From Trichoplax adhaerens (lineage: Eukaryota > Animalia > Placozoa), in assembly GCF_000150275.1 (NCBI RefSeq), contig NW_002060948.1, positions 4,510,336 through 4,574,335 of the forward strand: 64,000 nucleotides of DNA, read 5' to 3'. Below, piece by piece: positions 30,861 to 43,023 of this stretch. The position numbers and the translations under genes were made by a program. The notes beneath the pieces are model-generated. The model searched no databases. It had not been told where the DNA came from and saw nothing but the letters and a program-made list of their open reading frames with translations. Position 1 is the stretch's first letter; each line of letters begins with the position of its first letter.

Positions 30861-32868
30861 ATGGAGGAAGAAATTCCGGATACGTTCTTGCCATTTTTAA
30901 GCTTATCTTGGCCAATTTTGATCATTTACATATGTTTCTGCTGTTTGATGTTCATAGTTGGTTCATATGGTAACATAGTAGCCTTATTACGTTATAGAAT
31001 TGGCATCAATTGGCAATTTCAAGCTGCCGAAGATTACGCTTACGTTTTAATCTTTCATCTGGCCTTAACGGACTTTATTTGCAGTATCGTGATTATACCT
31101 TTATACGTAGTGATTCTATTTATTGGTGCTCAATATCCTTTTATTAATCAGCTTTTCAAAAGTGGCCTGGTTGGAGTTTCATGTATACAAGGCTGTATAC
31201 TGATAATAATGGCTGTCGATAAAGATGTAGTTCATTGTTACATGATCGATCAAATTAGTCGTGATCCAGTTAGATTTCGGAAAAAATATTATAAAAAAGC
31301 TATAGTGGTTTCCTGGATTCTAACTGTAACATTGATGGCTCTTAATGTTGGAAAATTTCTCTTCCCGTACGAAAAAGCAGACTGTTCAAAAACTCAGGTA
31401 AATTACGGTGATCTTTATGCTATTTATCAGTACCAAACTTTTAATCAAATATCGAGCTATCGTCATTTATAAAGACTATACTGTAATCAATTTCGAGTAT
31501 ATTTGACACCGGTAAATAGCTATTTCTAGCCAGGTTATTAATGTACAGATGTTATAGATATTAATAATGAAAGTTTACTTCTTATCATGATATCTATAAG
31601 TGATAGTGAAAATAAAGAGAAATCATGCAAAATTAATGGGCATTTAAAATTTAATAAATGCCAGTTTTAAGTGCAATGCAGTTGTTTGAAAAAGTTCTTA
31701 CATAGATGTTATATAGGCTTTTAGACGAAAAGATTAAGTTTAGTACACATTTAATGTTTCTTTCTATAAGGTACTGTGCCAAATTTAATTTAGGGAAAAT
31801 ATCTCGATATTCTGCAAAGAGCAATAGATATTAATATCTTAACTATCTTGCTACTTAATTCAAGTTCTAACTTTAGCATAAAACATTCGATATTTATTTT
31901 AGTATGCAAGTATCACCTCTATTACTTATTGCACTAATGGAGTAAAACTATGTTGAATAATATGAAATTTCATCGCAAATACATAATTTGTGAATAGTGT
32001 GAGAAATAGAAGATTAAGAACTATAAAATAATTTGCTTGCTACAGTAGCGGTACTAATTCGGTTTCAGATCAGCTTCATATTTTATATTTTGTATTTGAT
32101 GGTGAGATGGTCATTAATACTTTAACTTAGTTAATCGAGTAAGAATTATTTTCATATATGAAGTTAATTGATACATTGCAATAATTTCTTGCGCTAGGAT
32201 TGCACGATTTCTGCGATATCTTTTTTCACCATTCCTCTACTAATCTGGAATGTCGTCAGTTTGTCATTGGCAATCATTAGTACTGTAATTTTATCCATTT
32301 ATCAGCAAATTGTCTCGAGAATATCCAGCTATCAATACCATTTGGATATGTCAAGGAATAGGTCACTTAAATGAAGAAAATTTAATCTTAAGGTTTTGTA
32401 TGTAAATGAGAGCTACATAAGATATTGTTTGCTTAAGTAAGAGTAGTATACTTGCTTTCAAATATATTTCTCACCCAATTTCCTTCTAAGTACCGATAAC
32501 TGTAAATAATTATCCAATCAGAAAAACTCATCATTGTAGGTTGCTAGATTAGCTGATATACTCCTTTTATCACACAGATTTATGTAGCTGCGGCAATTGT
32601 TGCATTGAGTTGCAAAGCGCCTTTAGCAATAATTGAGATTATACCTCCGTATGAGACATCGACAAGCATTAATTCTCACCGTATAATTATCTTACACTTG
32701 GCAGCTATGGCGACAGCTCTGATAAATCCTGTTCTCTACTACATTTTTGATGAAAATTACCGCAAAAAATGTTGCTACAAACCTCAATCGCTAGATCGAT
32801 ATCGACAACCAGACCTTAAATTGGCGGAATTGGACCTACCAGATTCTACCTGTGAAATTGCCGTATAG
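30861..32868 (+). CDS. Divergent rhodopsin-class GPCR, at least 3 exons
   Basis: Exon 1 30861-31397 (TM1 GN, TM2 HLALTD, TM3 MAVDK, TM4 SW; donor CAG|GTAAAT). Exon 2 from 32198 (DCTISAISFFTIPLLIWNVVSLSLAIISTVILSIYQQI, TM5). Last exon from 32578 (IYVAAAIVALSCKAP...LINPVLYYIFDENYRK, TM6/7/H8). The junction between exon 2 and the last exon was not resolved. Confidence 0.8.
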
Positions 32869-35780
32869 TAAAGATGTCAAAAATTAAGGTACCTATTTAC
32901 TATCGTATAGCATTTGTATTCTAGCCTCTAAAGTTATAGTTTCTTCTCCTTTAAAGAATTTAGTATCAATTACTATAGAGATTATATAAAATTTAATGCT
33001 AGATAGTAAAATATGTATGTCGCCCACCGCATGCATAGTAACCTTTATCTATCCCAAAATATTTGAATTAAAGGCATTTAATCAGAATAAATACCGTCAT
33101 ATACAGCTAATATGAAATCGATTAAAATGTTTCTGAATAATGCTAATAAGTCGATTCGTATTTTACTCCTGATATTCATAGATTTAAAATCTATCAAAAT
33201 ATTTTACTGATAGCTTAAATAAAATTTTATGAATTAATTATTGACTCATTAATTTCAGATGACACGAAAGAATTGCCTGATCTTATTCTCTAATGAATTT
33301 AAATTTCTTAGAGTAGGATTTTGTGAAAGCTTTGAAGTTTTTGCCATCTGGCAGACTTCCTTTTAGATTGTATTCAGTGCATATTTAGTAATCAAAAACC
33401 TGAGTGATTACAGTATATTAATAAGATAGTTTCAATAAGTCACTCTATAAAAATAATTTTCTTATGCTAGCGACCAATTGGTATCAAGAAAATTTATTTA
33501 GTTAAACCTGCACGGATAATTTGCCCAATAATTTAATAATGTACTAGAAAAGATATGTGAACTAACGGCCTAATAACTGATTAGACAGATAGCATTTGAG
33601 CTGCATTAAAATCGCTGACTACGCTAATTAATCTTAGTTAACATCTCTTTTAAGAACAATTTCTGAAATTGAATTATTTTCTTTGAGTACGCCATATTGT
33701 GCTAATTCTCTATGTCGGTATTTAGTTACAATTTCAATAACGATAGTGCTCATGATTGCTAAAAATTACCTAAAATTCTTAAAATTGGTGCAAACAATTT
33801 CTGTTGCTCACATTTTTTCATCATCTTTGCTCGAAGAAACAAAAACTATTTCGAATTGTTTTGAAAATCAGATAGCCTTTTGATTAGGCGAGGATCTCCA
33901 GCATAATTTTCAATATCTACCAGGGTACATTATTTCCCTACGTAACAAATAGGAATATATTTAAAGGGAAAATAATTACGAACCGACAATTTGTCGATAG
34001 AACACCTACCTTATTTACATTTAATTAGCCATCCTTTTCCTTTATATAGTTTATTTCTATTGTGACACTATATATTGTAAATTTTTCAGGCGCCAGTGAG
34101 GTTTTAATGGTTGATAACTTACAATTAATATTAGTAATAGTTGTTTGTATCCTTAATGCGAGCAAATGAAAATATAGGTTCATAAATTTGTATCATAATC
34201 ATAAAGAGCCTTATGTCTTGCTTAAGTCCTAATTGAATATGCTGTAGGATTGTAATGTGGCAGACTATATCTTATTCTGCATAAGTTTACTAAACCACAA
34301 TAAAGGTAGGCCTACGAACTTAAGATAAAGATCTGCTTTTATTACAATATTTAAAAAGGTGCGTGTCGGCTAGTCTATAATAGTAGAACTGCAAAACACG
34401 CGATAATATCTCTAAACTTCTACGACTCTGTCTCTAAATCAATCAACAAAGGTTATCCTTATATATGTTCGATGTTTACGTGGAGCCTAGCAAATATTTC
34501 CCACTGGCTTATAATTGTGGAAAGCAATCATGAACATAAAGTTAAAGGTTCAAATGTTGCATATCTTAGATAAATGTTTGCTACGCTCTATGGAGTTGAT
34601 TTATTGAAGTAAATTTCGCCTTAATAATCTTTACTCTTAGGATATAATGAAAGAGTACTTGTATAATAAGTCTTATTTATCATCTACAAAAATTCGAGCT
34701 TTTATGTAATGAAAACCCTTACAAATAAAATCGTTAGCAAGTTTGCATTTAGAGTTCTTATTAAAAGCAATACAGCGCTATTATTCGTAGTAGATTTATA
34801 TAATTGAGTCTTTATAAAGCTAGTAGATGTTAATAATGCTGTAATGTAACAATACTATTTAATTTCAGGTATTATAATACGAGCAAACCAAAATCACTAA
34901 CCCAAAACTTAAATCGCTAACGTATGATAATGAATAATTGCGCCATAAAAATGGAAAGATAAATATAATCTACTGGATAGGTTAATTCATATTATAAATA
35001 TCTGATTATTTAGTTGAGATCTTTAAATGAAAGATAATGCAAAAATGTAAGAATAATTTTATATCGATAACAATAAGTATGATTAATATATCTTTTTGTT
35101 ATTAAATGGTATGCATTTTAAATTTAGGGGTACCAAATATAATGGATCTACCGAAATAGCGTTTCTTTAGAATTAGAAAATAGCTACGCAATTTCTGCTA
35201 AATTTTTGAAATTAATAGACTTTATGATCAATTCATACCAGATATTTTATATATTTTTTAAAAGGATTAGTAATATTTGCAATACCTCTGATGTTGTGGA
35301 TCTCGAAAATTGATTACTGAAAAGCACCAATAAGACAGTATATCTATTGCCTTATATAGTAATAGAATGCTGCACCTGGGGAAAAATTAGCAAGAATTCA
35401 TAGTAATTTGATCGTTTGCTATCAGTAATGGTGATTAATGTCATAGTAAAAAATTTTATTGTCTAGCTTAAAAAAGAATCACAAGTTAAGAGATCTTCTC
35501 ATAAATATCGATTATTTCTATCAAAAATTTGATAGCAAATATAGTGATTATTAAATCTGTATGAATTTATTTTATGATCATATTTCTCTAAAGTTAGCAT
35601 CTACCTCATGTATTTTCTGAATCAACTATCATAAACTATCGATTAAATTGTCATATCAAATGAACTCATTCATATTATAGAACGCTATTCTGAATACTAA
35701 TCTAACCTAATTTAGATACTGCAAGATATCCAAGCCAAATTGTATTAGCTCATGTCGCCAAGTATGTAAGTATACTAAGA

Positions 35781-35933
35781 TGCTGGCAGGTGTTACATCT
35801 GTTACTGTATTCTAATTATTGTTACCTGAATTGCCGTAACATTCACCAGCGAAATTATAAAAAAGCTGCCAGTAAATAACAAATTAGCCATACTCAACAT
35901 TATTATATCATATTTTATGCCAATTAATATCCA
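35781..35933 (+). promoter_or_regulatory. Upstream block of the SMB-GPCR, conserved in the duplicate at 39629-39813 (paired E-boxes, paired CCAAT)
   Basis: CAGGTG-N3-CATCTG at 35787-35801 and 39635-39649. In both copies this is followed by CCAGTAAAT and TTATG(G)CCAATTrATAkCCAAT. Confidence 0.55.
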
Positions 35934-36480
35934 ATATAATTGCTGATGGGTTGACAATCTTGAAGGGTATTAGTTCCAATTTGCTGTACAAATTGAACTA
36001 TTTAACATTACTCTTGATCAGGATTGTGTATGATAAAGTACGGTATTATACAATATTATTTGATTCAATAACGCTATAACTATTTCATCTTTAATTTATT
36101 ATGTAATCTATATTTAGTATAAAATCAGTGGGATGATAACATGAAATCTCAAATTGCGCTAATTATGAAGTTATTATTGTTTTACTCATCGCTCAGCATA
36201 AATTTGCTTTAATTGAATTAAGTTGATATCCAATAAAATATGAAACGTAAAAGTAACAATTTTAATTCTGAGGCAATAATGAGAATCTAAAAGCTATGGC
36301 AATCTATATACCATAATTTGTAATTATCTATTTTCGTCACAAAGTGTATTTATTTTTGTATAAATTCTATAGCCACACAGATTATTACGTCAATCTTCGA
36401 TTTGCGGGTACAGTTAGCTATTAAGCGTATCAACTGTGATATTTCATAAGCATTTTATTACAAGATACTGCACTGAGAAA

Positions 36481-38724
36481 ATGCATTGGCAAATCATATT
36501 AGCAACAATTTCCTGCCTGTACATTTGCCTATCGAAAGCCGAAAATGAAAATTTTTCGCTATTCTTTGATGAGAATTTGGATTTATTATTGCTGGATCCT
36601 AACTGCATGAAAAACTCAACTTCAAGTTATAGTTGTATTGATAGATGTAATGAAACCTATGTAAGAAGTCAAAGTTGCAATTGCGACGTTGATTGTGTAA
36701 AATATCATGATTGCTGTTTCGATTATGCTCATTATTGTATTGACCAACGAAGTGATCTATCCTCTGTTTTGTCGTCCAATACTTCCAAGGAGTGGTTCGA
36801 TTTAAATTTAAGTAAATCAAAAAAAAAATTGCCCGTGCTTGAATGTACTGTTAAATCTGTTCTAATACTCGGATCATGTCCTGAAAACTGGCCAAATGAT
36901 ATTATTCGCTCTAAATGTGAAAATCCATCAATAACAAATTTTGATTATTATTCATCGGTGCCAGTCTATCAACGCTCCAGTAGCAACAATTACCGCAACT
37001 TTTATTGCGCTATCTGCAATGGGGCAGATATCAAATTATTGCAATATTGGACAACTAAAACGATTTGCAGTAATGGATCATTAGCCCGTAAATTGAAATT
37101 TATAGACTACGTTAAGCAATATTGTAAGCCATTAAACAGTATACATGATTACATGCCTCCAGATGCATCAAAATCACGATATTGCGTTGAAAGTTCACGG
37201 TGTAATGAAATTGATGCCATGAGAATTATCGGCGAAGAAACCTTACGGCAGAATATTGTTAGGAGCTGTCAAGAAGCAGCTGCGTATGTTCACTTTAAAG
37301 GAACAATTTATAAAAATCCTTATTGTGCTCGATGTAGCAGTTATTCATTTTTAGAGTGCATGAATACTTATTATCCTGCACCTTTTATTGAACCGAGTTA
37401 TAGCGATCAGAATTCACCGTCAGGCTCTGTTATCATGTTGATCGATTTCTCGAATACAGGCCGATTTCTTTATACTGCTCAAAAAGGTAATAAAGTAGTT
37501 ATTTATGCTGGCCATTGTCAACAAGGTTACTACTATGATCCATTACAAATGCGCTGCCAAGAGGTACTTTCCTATAACCGATCTAATTGGAGTGATCGCA
37601 ATGATAGCGATTGTGACGGGGATTTTCCTCAATTTTGTAATTATACACAAGGTCAAATTATTCATAATTGCTCTTCAGGCATAAGGCTCAATTCTACGCA
37701 ATTTATTGTTATTAATACAACTCATATCCTACGATACAGCGATAATATTACTTATCCTATTCGATCAATTCATCGATCATATCTAACAAATAATGAAACT
37801 GTCATCTATATCTGTTATAATCCTCTGCAAACTGATATTCTTCGCAAGACTATTTTTGAAATAATATCCTATAGCGGTTTTGCACTGTCTATTGGAGCAT
37901 TCTTTTTTATCGTTATGACATACTGTTTGTTCTCTGAATTACGCACACATCCAGGTAAATGCGTTATGAATTTGTCTATGGCATTTTTCTTCATGTATAT
38001 TTTACTACTAATAATTAAATTGATTGAACCAATTAATATGAAAAGTCATAACCTGCAATTTATTTGTATTGGACTAGCAGCGTTAACTCATTGCTTGTAT
38101 CTGAGTTGTTTTACCTGGATGAATGTATTAACTTATGATATGTATACAAGCTTTACATCAATGCGTATTAGTTTCAACAGGAATACTAAGCGTTTATTTG
38201 CTTTATATTGTGCTTACGGATGGCTACTTCCTATAGCAGCAGTAAGCACCTTACTTATTCTAGATAGATTGAAAATTTATGATATTGGCTATGGTCTAGC
38301 TTCAACTCAATGTTGGATACGTAAATTTTCAGCAATTCTGTTGTTTGTTGTCATTCCTATGGCTTCTTTAACTACTATTAACTGCTTACTATATCTGATG
38401 ACAGTGGTAACGATTTACAGAACTAGGCATAAGGCCAAAAAAATTGGGAAGAAGCATGGAATTGGTATTTCTGATTGTCGATTATACCTGTCCATGATAA
38501 CTGTAGTCGGAGTGACGTGGTTAATTGGCATACTAGCTAATATTAAAGCAATGGCTTTAATGTGGTATCCCTATCTGATTCTGAACAATCTTCAAGGCAT
38601 TTTCATGATTTTTGCTTTTATATTGAATCCGCGTGTGAGCAACTGTTACAAAAGATTATTATTTAGATGTACGAAAACGAAGGGAACTTCTATCATTCAA
38701 CTAAGTAGGACTACTAAATCTTGA
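36481..38724 (+). CDS. Somatomedin-B / Cys-rich ectodomain family-B (Methuselah/adhesion-like) GPCR, intronless
   Basis: Signal peptide MHWQIILATISCLYICLSKA (ATG 36481). SMB domain SCIDRC...CNCDVDCVKYHDCCFDYAHYC. Repeated Y(R/K)N.YCA.C motifs. The 7TM region has ELRTHPGKCVMNL, CIGLAALTHCLYLSCFTWMNV, AYGWLLP, CWI, GVTW and NNLQGIF. Confidence 0.93.
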   Translation: MHWQIILATISCLYICLSKAENENFSLFFDENLDLLLLDPNCMKNSTSSYSCIDRCNETYVRSQSCNCDVDCVKYHDCCFDYAHYCIDQRSDLSSVLSSNTSKEWFDLNLSKSKKKLPVLECTVKSVLILGSCPENWPNDIIRSKCENPSITNFDYYSSVPVYQRSSSNNYRNFYCAICNGADIKLLQYWTTKTICSNGSLARKLKFIDYVKQYCKPLNSIHDYMPPDASKSRYCVESSRCNEIDAMRIIGEETLRQNIVRSCQEAAAYVHFKGTIYKNPYCARCSSYSFLECMNTYYPAPFIEPSYSDQNSPSGSVIMLIDFSNTGRFLYTAQKGNKVVIYAGHCQQGYYYDPLQMRCQEVLSYNRSNWSDRNDSDCDGDFPQFCNYTQGQIIHNCSSGIRLNSTQFIVINTTHILRYSDNITYPIRSIHRSYLTNNETVIYICYNPLQTDILRKTIFEIISYSGFALSIGAFFFIVMTYCLFSELRTHPGKCVMNLSMAFFFMYILLLIIKLIEPINMKSHNLQFICIGLAALTHCLYLSCFTWMNVLTYDMYTSFTSMRISFNRNTKRLFALYCAYGWLLPIAAVSTLLILDRLKIYDIGYGLASTQCWIRKFSAILLFVVIPMASLTTINCLLYLMTVVTIYRTRHKAKKIGKKHGIGISDCRLYLSMITVVGVTWLIGILANIKAMALMWYPYLILNNLQGIFMIFAFILNPRVSNCYKRLLFRCTKTKGTSIIQLSRTTKS

Positions 38725-41639
38725 TTAACTTATACTTATCCATCCTGTAATCAGATTGATTAGTATCGATATAAATATTATCTATAAGTACTTCCATTCG
38801 TAGCTGTGCATTACGCAACAACAATTAGAGATAGATATCTCTGTATCAATCTATTATAAACCATACAAAAGGAAATACCTTAAAATAGCTTATAGTATGG
38901 TGGCAGGTATCGCAGTATATATTAGATAATCCGCAATATCGAAATGGAGTATCCTTAAAATGATTTCTCATCGCTCGATAGCAACATTTTCTTATCTTGC
39001 AATTAATACTACTTTAAAATTATTTTAAGTGATTATTACATATTACTTTTCCATAGAAAAGGGTTGCTTGCGCTGACACTGCATTCTGTGTCCTGTTGAA
39101 ATATATTGACGGTATGAAATACGGAAGCTAATATTCTATTATAATAATTATTTATACGAATTTATTTCAGATTTTCAGGTGTATATTTCGGACTAAATAA
39201 AATTAAAAAAAAATAAGGCTGTATCTCTAATTCTGGATATCTGATGCAAAATAAGCACTTTGATCTCTCGGAAGTGCTGTATAATTTGCGATATAGTTAC
39301 TTTCTCTTTTAATTTGTTTGTTTGTTTCAAAGATATCTAAATTTTATTAGTGCAATTAACGAGCCATCAAATTAGTATTGCAAGATATCGTAGCACTTAA
39401 TATAAAGCTATTTTTCAGGTCAAATTATAACAATGGCAAATAAAGCATCAAAATTTCATTATAATTAATTTTAATTAAATATACAGTATCATTTTTAGTT
39501 AAGAGGACTACCTACTGTACTATACATGCATGTTAAGATCGAAAGTAAAAACTTTAGCTAGATAATGTTGCTATCGTATTATTGTTCAGTCATAAATTAT
39601 GTTGTTATAGGTAGTAGAGGCTTCAATGTACTGCCAGGTGCAACATCTGTTGACTGCTCTACTTCCCTATTATTAACTGATTAAAAATTAATTAAGTAAA
39701 TCATAATGTACGAGTATAACAATTTTGTTACTGTTCTCGTACAAATAAATCTATCTTTCTACCATAATATTACCAGTAAATTCTTTAAAATTTATGGCCA
39801 ATTGATAGCCAATGGATGAGTATGTTGCTTAAAGGAATTCCTAGGTGATTACGTAAAATTCTTCTAGTATAGCTACTTTAACGGATATTTTTAAGCTGCT
39901 GCAATGATGCAACTACTATTGAGATTAATTAAAGTGCGTTTGATTGCTGTAATAATTATATTATTACTGATACCGATTTTAAATGAAATGTGCTTATTAC
40001 TTCTTTTCAGTCAGATATAAGTCGAATAAGCCGAACTTTTTTCAAGAAATTTAAATACCTACCTTACATTGTCTTTGTAAACTATTTAAGATATTGTCTG
40101 CATAACTTATAAATCGTATTATACCGTCTTATTTTTCATACAGCTGAGAAAACTTTTATGCGAGTCCGAATTTTAATAATTTTATTTATTATTTTCTTGA
40201 TGTTGTATCATTTTGTTCTCCTCTTAATATAAAAAGTTAATACAAAACGTTTATACTGTAGCGTAGCATTTTTCATTAGCGATTTATGGATTTGTGTTTA
40301 TTGCACTTTTAGAGAAAATATACTGCCGGTAGTATTTATCTCCATTGCTAAAAATTTCGACTTGGCTTATTAGATAAAATACCGATACCGCGACAATCAT
40401 TTACTAATATAAGCGTATGTTATTTCAGGTAGCAGCTATAATTATCAAATAATTAATGTATCATGCAATTTTTTTTCTTGACTGTTATTATTGATCAATG
40501 AAGATATCGTAGCGAAGATGAGTTTGAAGGTTTAGTCATCTGTTTTCATTAATTTATTGCAAAGGTGTATGATAATCAAGCGGCATCAAGCTATATATTA
40601 TATTAATAAAGATTTAGAAGCTTTCTAGATATTTCCGTTTATATCTAGATTTGAGTTAAGGTTCATAGAAATTCTTATTCATGTTAAGCACGAACAGATT
40701 ATTCATTGTTATATGCAGCAAGTACCGTAATTTGGTGGATACGTATACTGAATCTGACGCAGTTCCGGAGTCTATCAAAACCGTTCTAGTGATACATTAC
40801 TAATAAATAGACTAATTTATTTCTGATATTAGATTATTGTTCATCAGCTATACCAGAATAACCTTACTTCAAGCTTAAGATTAATTTAGTTACTAAATTT
40901 TTTCATTAAGACCTCCAAACAACAGCAAAAGCAAATATTACCGAGAAGAGTAATATAGGCTGGGTTTTCGCCGCCCACATGAACGTATCATAATATAGTA
41001 TTTGCTTTACCGTTTACTACGTGAATTCTGCAAAGCTCCTAGACCGATAAATCAAACGGTGTTGTTTGATATCGTTAGAGCTGTTTTCTTTGTGAACAAG
41101 CAATAATGATTATGCTATCTAGCTCTTTTAGCAGTATCGATAATTATCTCTTGTCGGAAATTCTTTAAAATTTTTACAATATTGTCTTTACTTTTTATAA
41201 CAGTTCCGACGTAATAATACATAATAATGAAAGGATATCTGAATTGACTGGTTTCGTAAATAAGAAAACTTAAATACAAGAAAACACATTGTGATCCATT
41301 GGGATTACTGATAAATAAGATATCTATAAAACTGCTGTTTTACGTTGTATTGGAGGCAGAAGTATTCCATATCGGTACTTTTCTACAGCATTAGCGAATA
41401 TGATTAAGATTAGCATTTACAGCATTTATCATTTCAAGAAACTGGGTTGAATTGACGGTAGTTTCGTTTGGTTTTTACTTATTGATAATTACATCTTTAC
41501 ATGCCTTGCCTGATAGCAAAGTCAGCAGATAAAGTGTACGAAGTAGCTCATGTGTTCATTAATGTATAACTGTTACTTAACTCAACTTGCCTAATCTAAA
41601 CTAATTAGATTACCCTAGATAAGTAACAATAACTGAGAA

Positions 41640-43023
41640 ATGTACTTTCGGAATCTTCTAAGTATATCTTTATTCTACAAAATACAAATCTAATTTAATA
41701 TTCAAAATCAATCATTTAGTTAGCTTTTTTGGCCATAAAACCGGTTTACGATGTGCGATATATTTCGACCAATAAGGCATCGTGAATACTTTAAATTATT
41801 CCTAGTCTAATCCAATGAATTTGTAATATTACTATAGATTAACTTTTTGTTTACCCTAGCTTATAATTAACAAGGATCCATATTGAATTTACCATAGACA
41901 ATTCATATACCATATTCAGTATAATTTAACCTGTATTAGGAACAGGTTTGTATCGGCTATATTAAGTCATAAAATAATTCATGCACATATCCAAATTAAT
42001 AACTATCTTCACGTGATACATTTACATGTCTAAATTAAGTAAGATATCATTCATTACGGTAGATTCACTACCGTGACAATAACACTAGACACTATAGACG
42101 ATATTATAATATATATTTGTATTGGCAAACGACATAAAATACCTTTACTCAGAACTATATTCAAAATAGCATCTTATTCAGGGTATTCTATATCGATTGG
42201 GGGATTTGCATTTATCTTCATTACTTATTGCTTACTTCCCGAATTACGAAAATGTCTAGGTAAATGTGTCCTAAGCTTATCGTTCTCCTTTTTCTTCATG
42301 TATATCTTATTAATTGCTACAGAAATAGTGAAACCATTAAATTTAAAAAGATAATGTTTTACGGACTATCTGTATCGCCGTCGCAGTAATAACTCATTGT
42401 TTATATTTGAATTGATTTGCTTGGATGAATGTATTAACATACGATATGTATATCAGTTTTAGTAAGTTTCGTATTACATCTCAAAGTAAAGAAACAATTA
42501 TAAGATACTGTATTTATAATTGGCTTCTACTAGTGACTGTAAAGATAATATTAGTAATATTAGATAGACTTGATACTTTAAGAACTGATTATGGCCAAGC
42601 AGAATCTCGATGTTGGATTGGTAATTCTTCGATAATCCTATACGTTGCTGTTATTCAAAAACGTATTATAGCTTTGATAAATTGTTTCTTATACATTACG
42701 GAAGTTGTTAATATTTATCGAACACGTACAAAGGCCAATAAGTTAGGTGAAAGGCATGATGGCAGTATTTCCGATTGTAAACTTTATTTATCTATGATAA
42801 TAGTTGTTGGAGTTACATGATCTATTGATATGGTAGCTAATATTAAAGTTATGGTCTATTTGTGGTATTTAACTCGATATTGAACAATTTACAGGGCATA
42901 GTTATAGCATTGGCATTTTTATGTAATTGACGAGTGAGTAATAGTCATCGCAAGTTAATACATGAAATTATAGGCATAAATTTCACCTTGAATGTCATAG
43001 AATTTGGTAGTTTAACGAAATCA
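41640..43023 (+). pseudogene. Tandem pseudogene copy of the SMB family-B GPCR (7TM retained, most of the ectodomain lost)
   Basis: Colinear with about 37800-38720 (LRTIFKIASYSGYSISIGGF, ELRKCLGKCV, WMNVLTYDMY, ISDCKLYLSMI, LNNLQGI). It has a frameshift near 42354, in-frame TGAs near 42413, 42818 and 42928, and a second frameshift near 42875. The remnant start context ACTGAGAAATG at 41632-41642 matches ACTGAGAAAATG at 36472-36483. Confidence 0.9.

Noticed and set aside
42354-42930. In-frame TGA codons in the GPCR copy as selenocysteine or read-through
   Set aside because: They are accompanied by two frameshifts and ectodomain loss, so ordinary pseudogenisation explains them.
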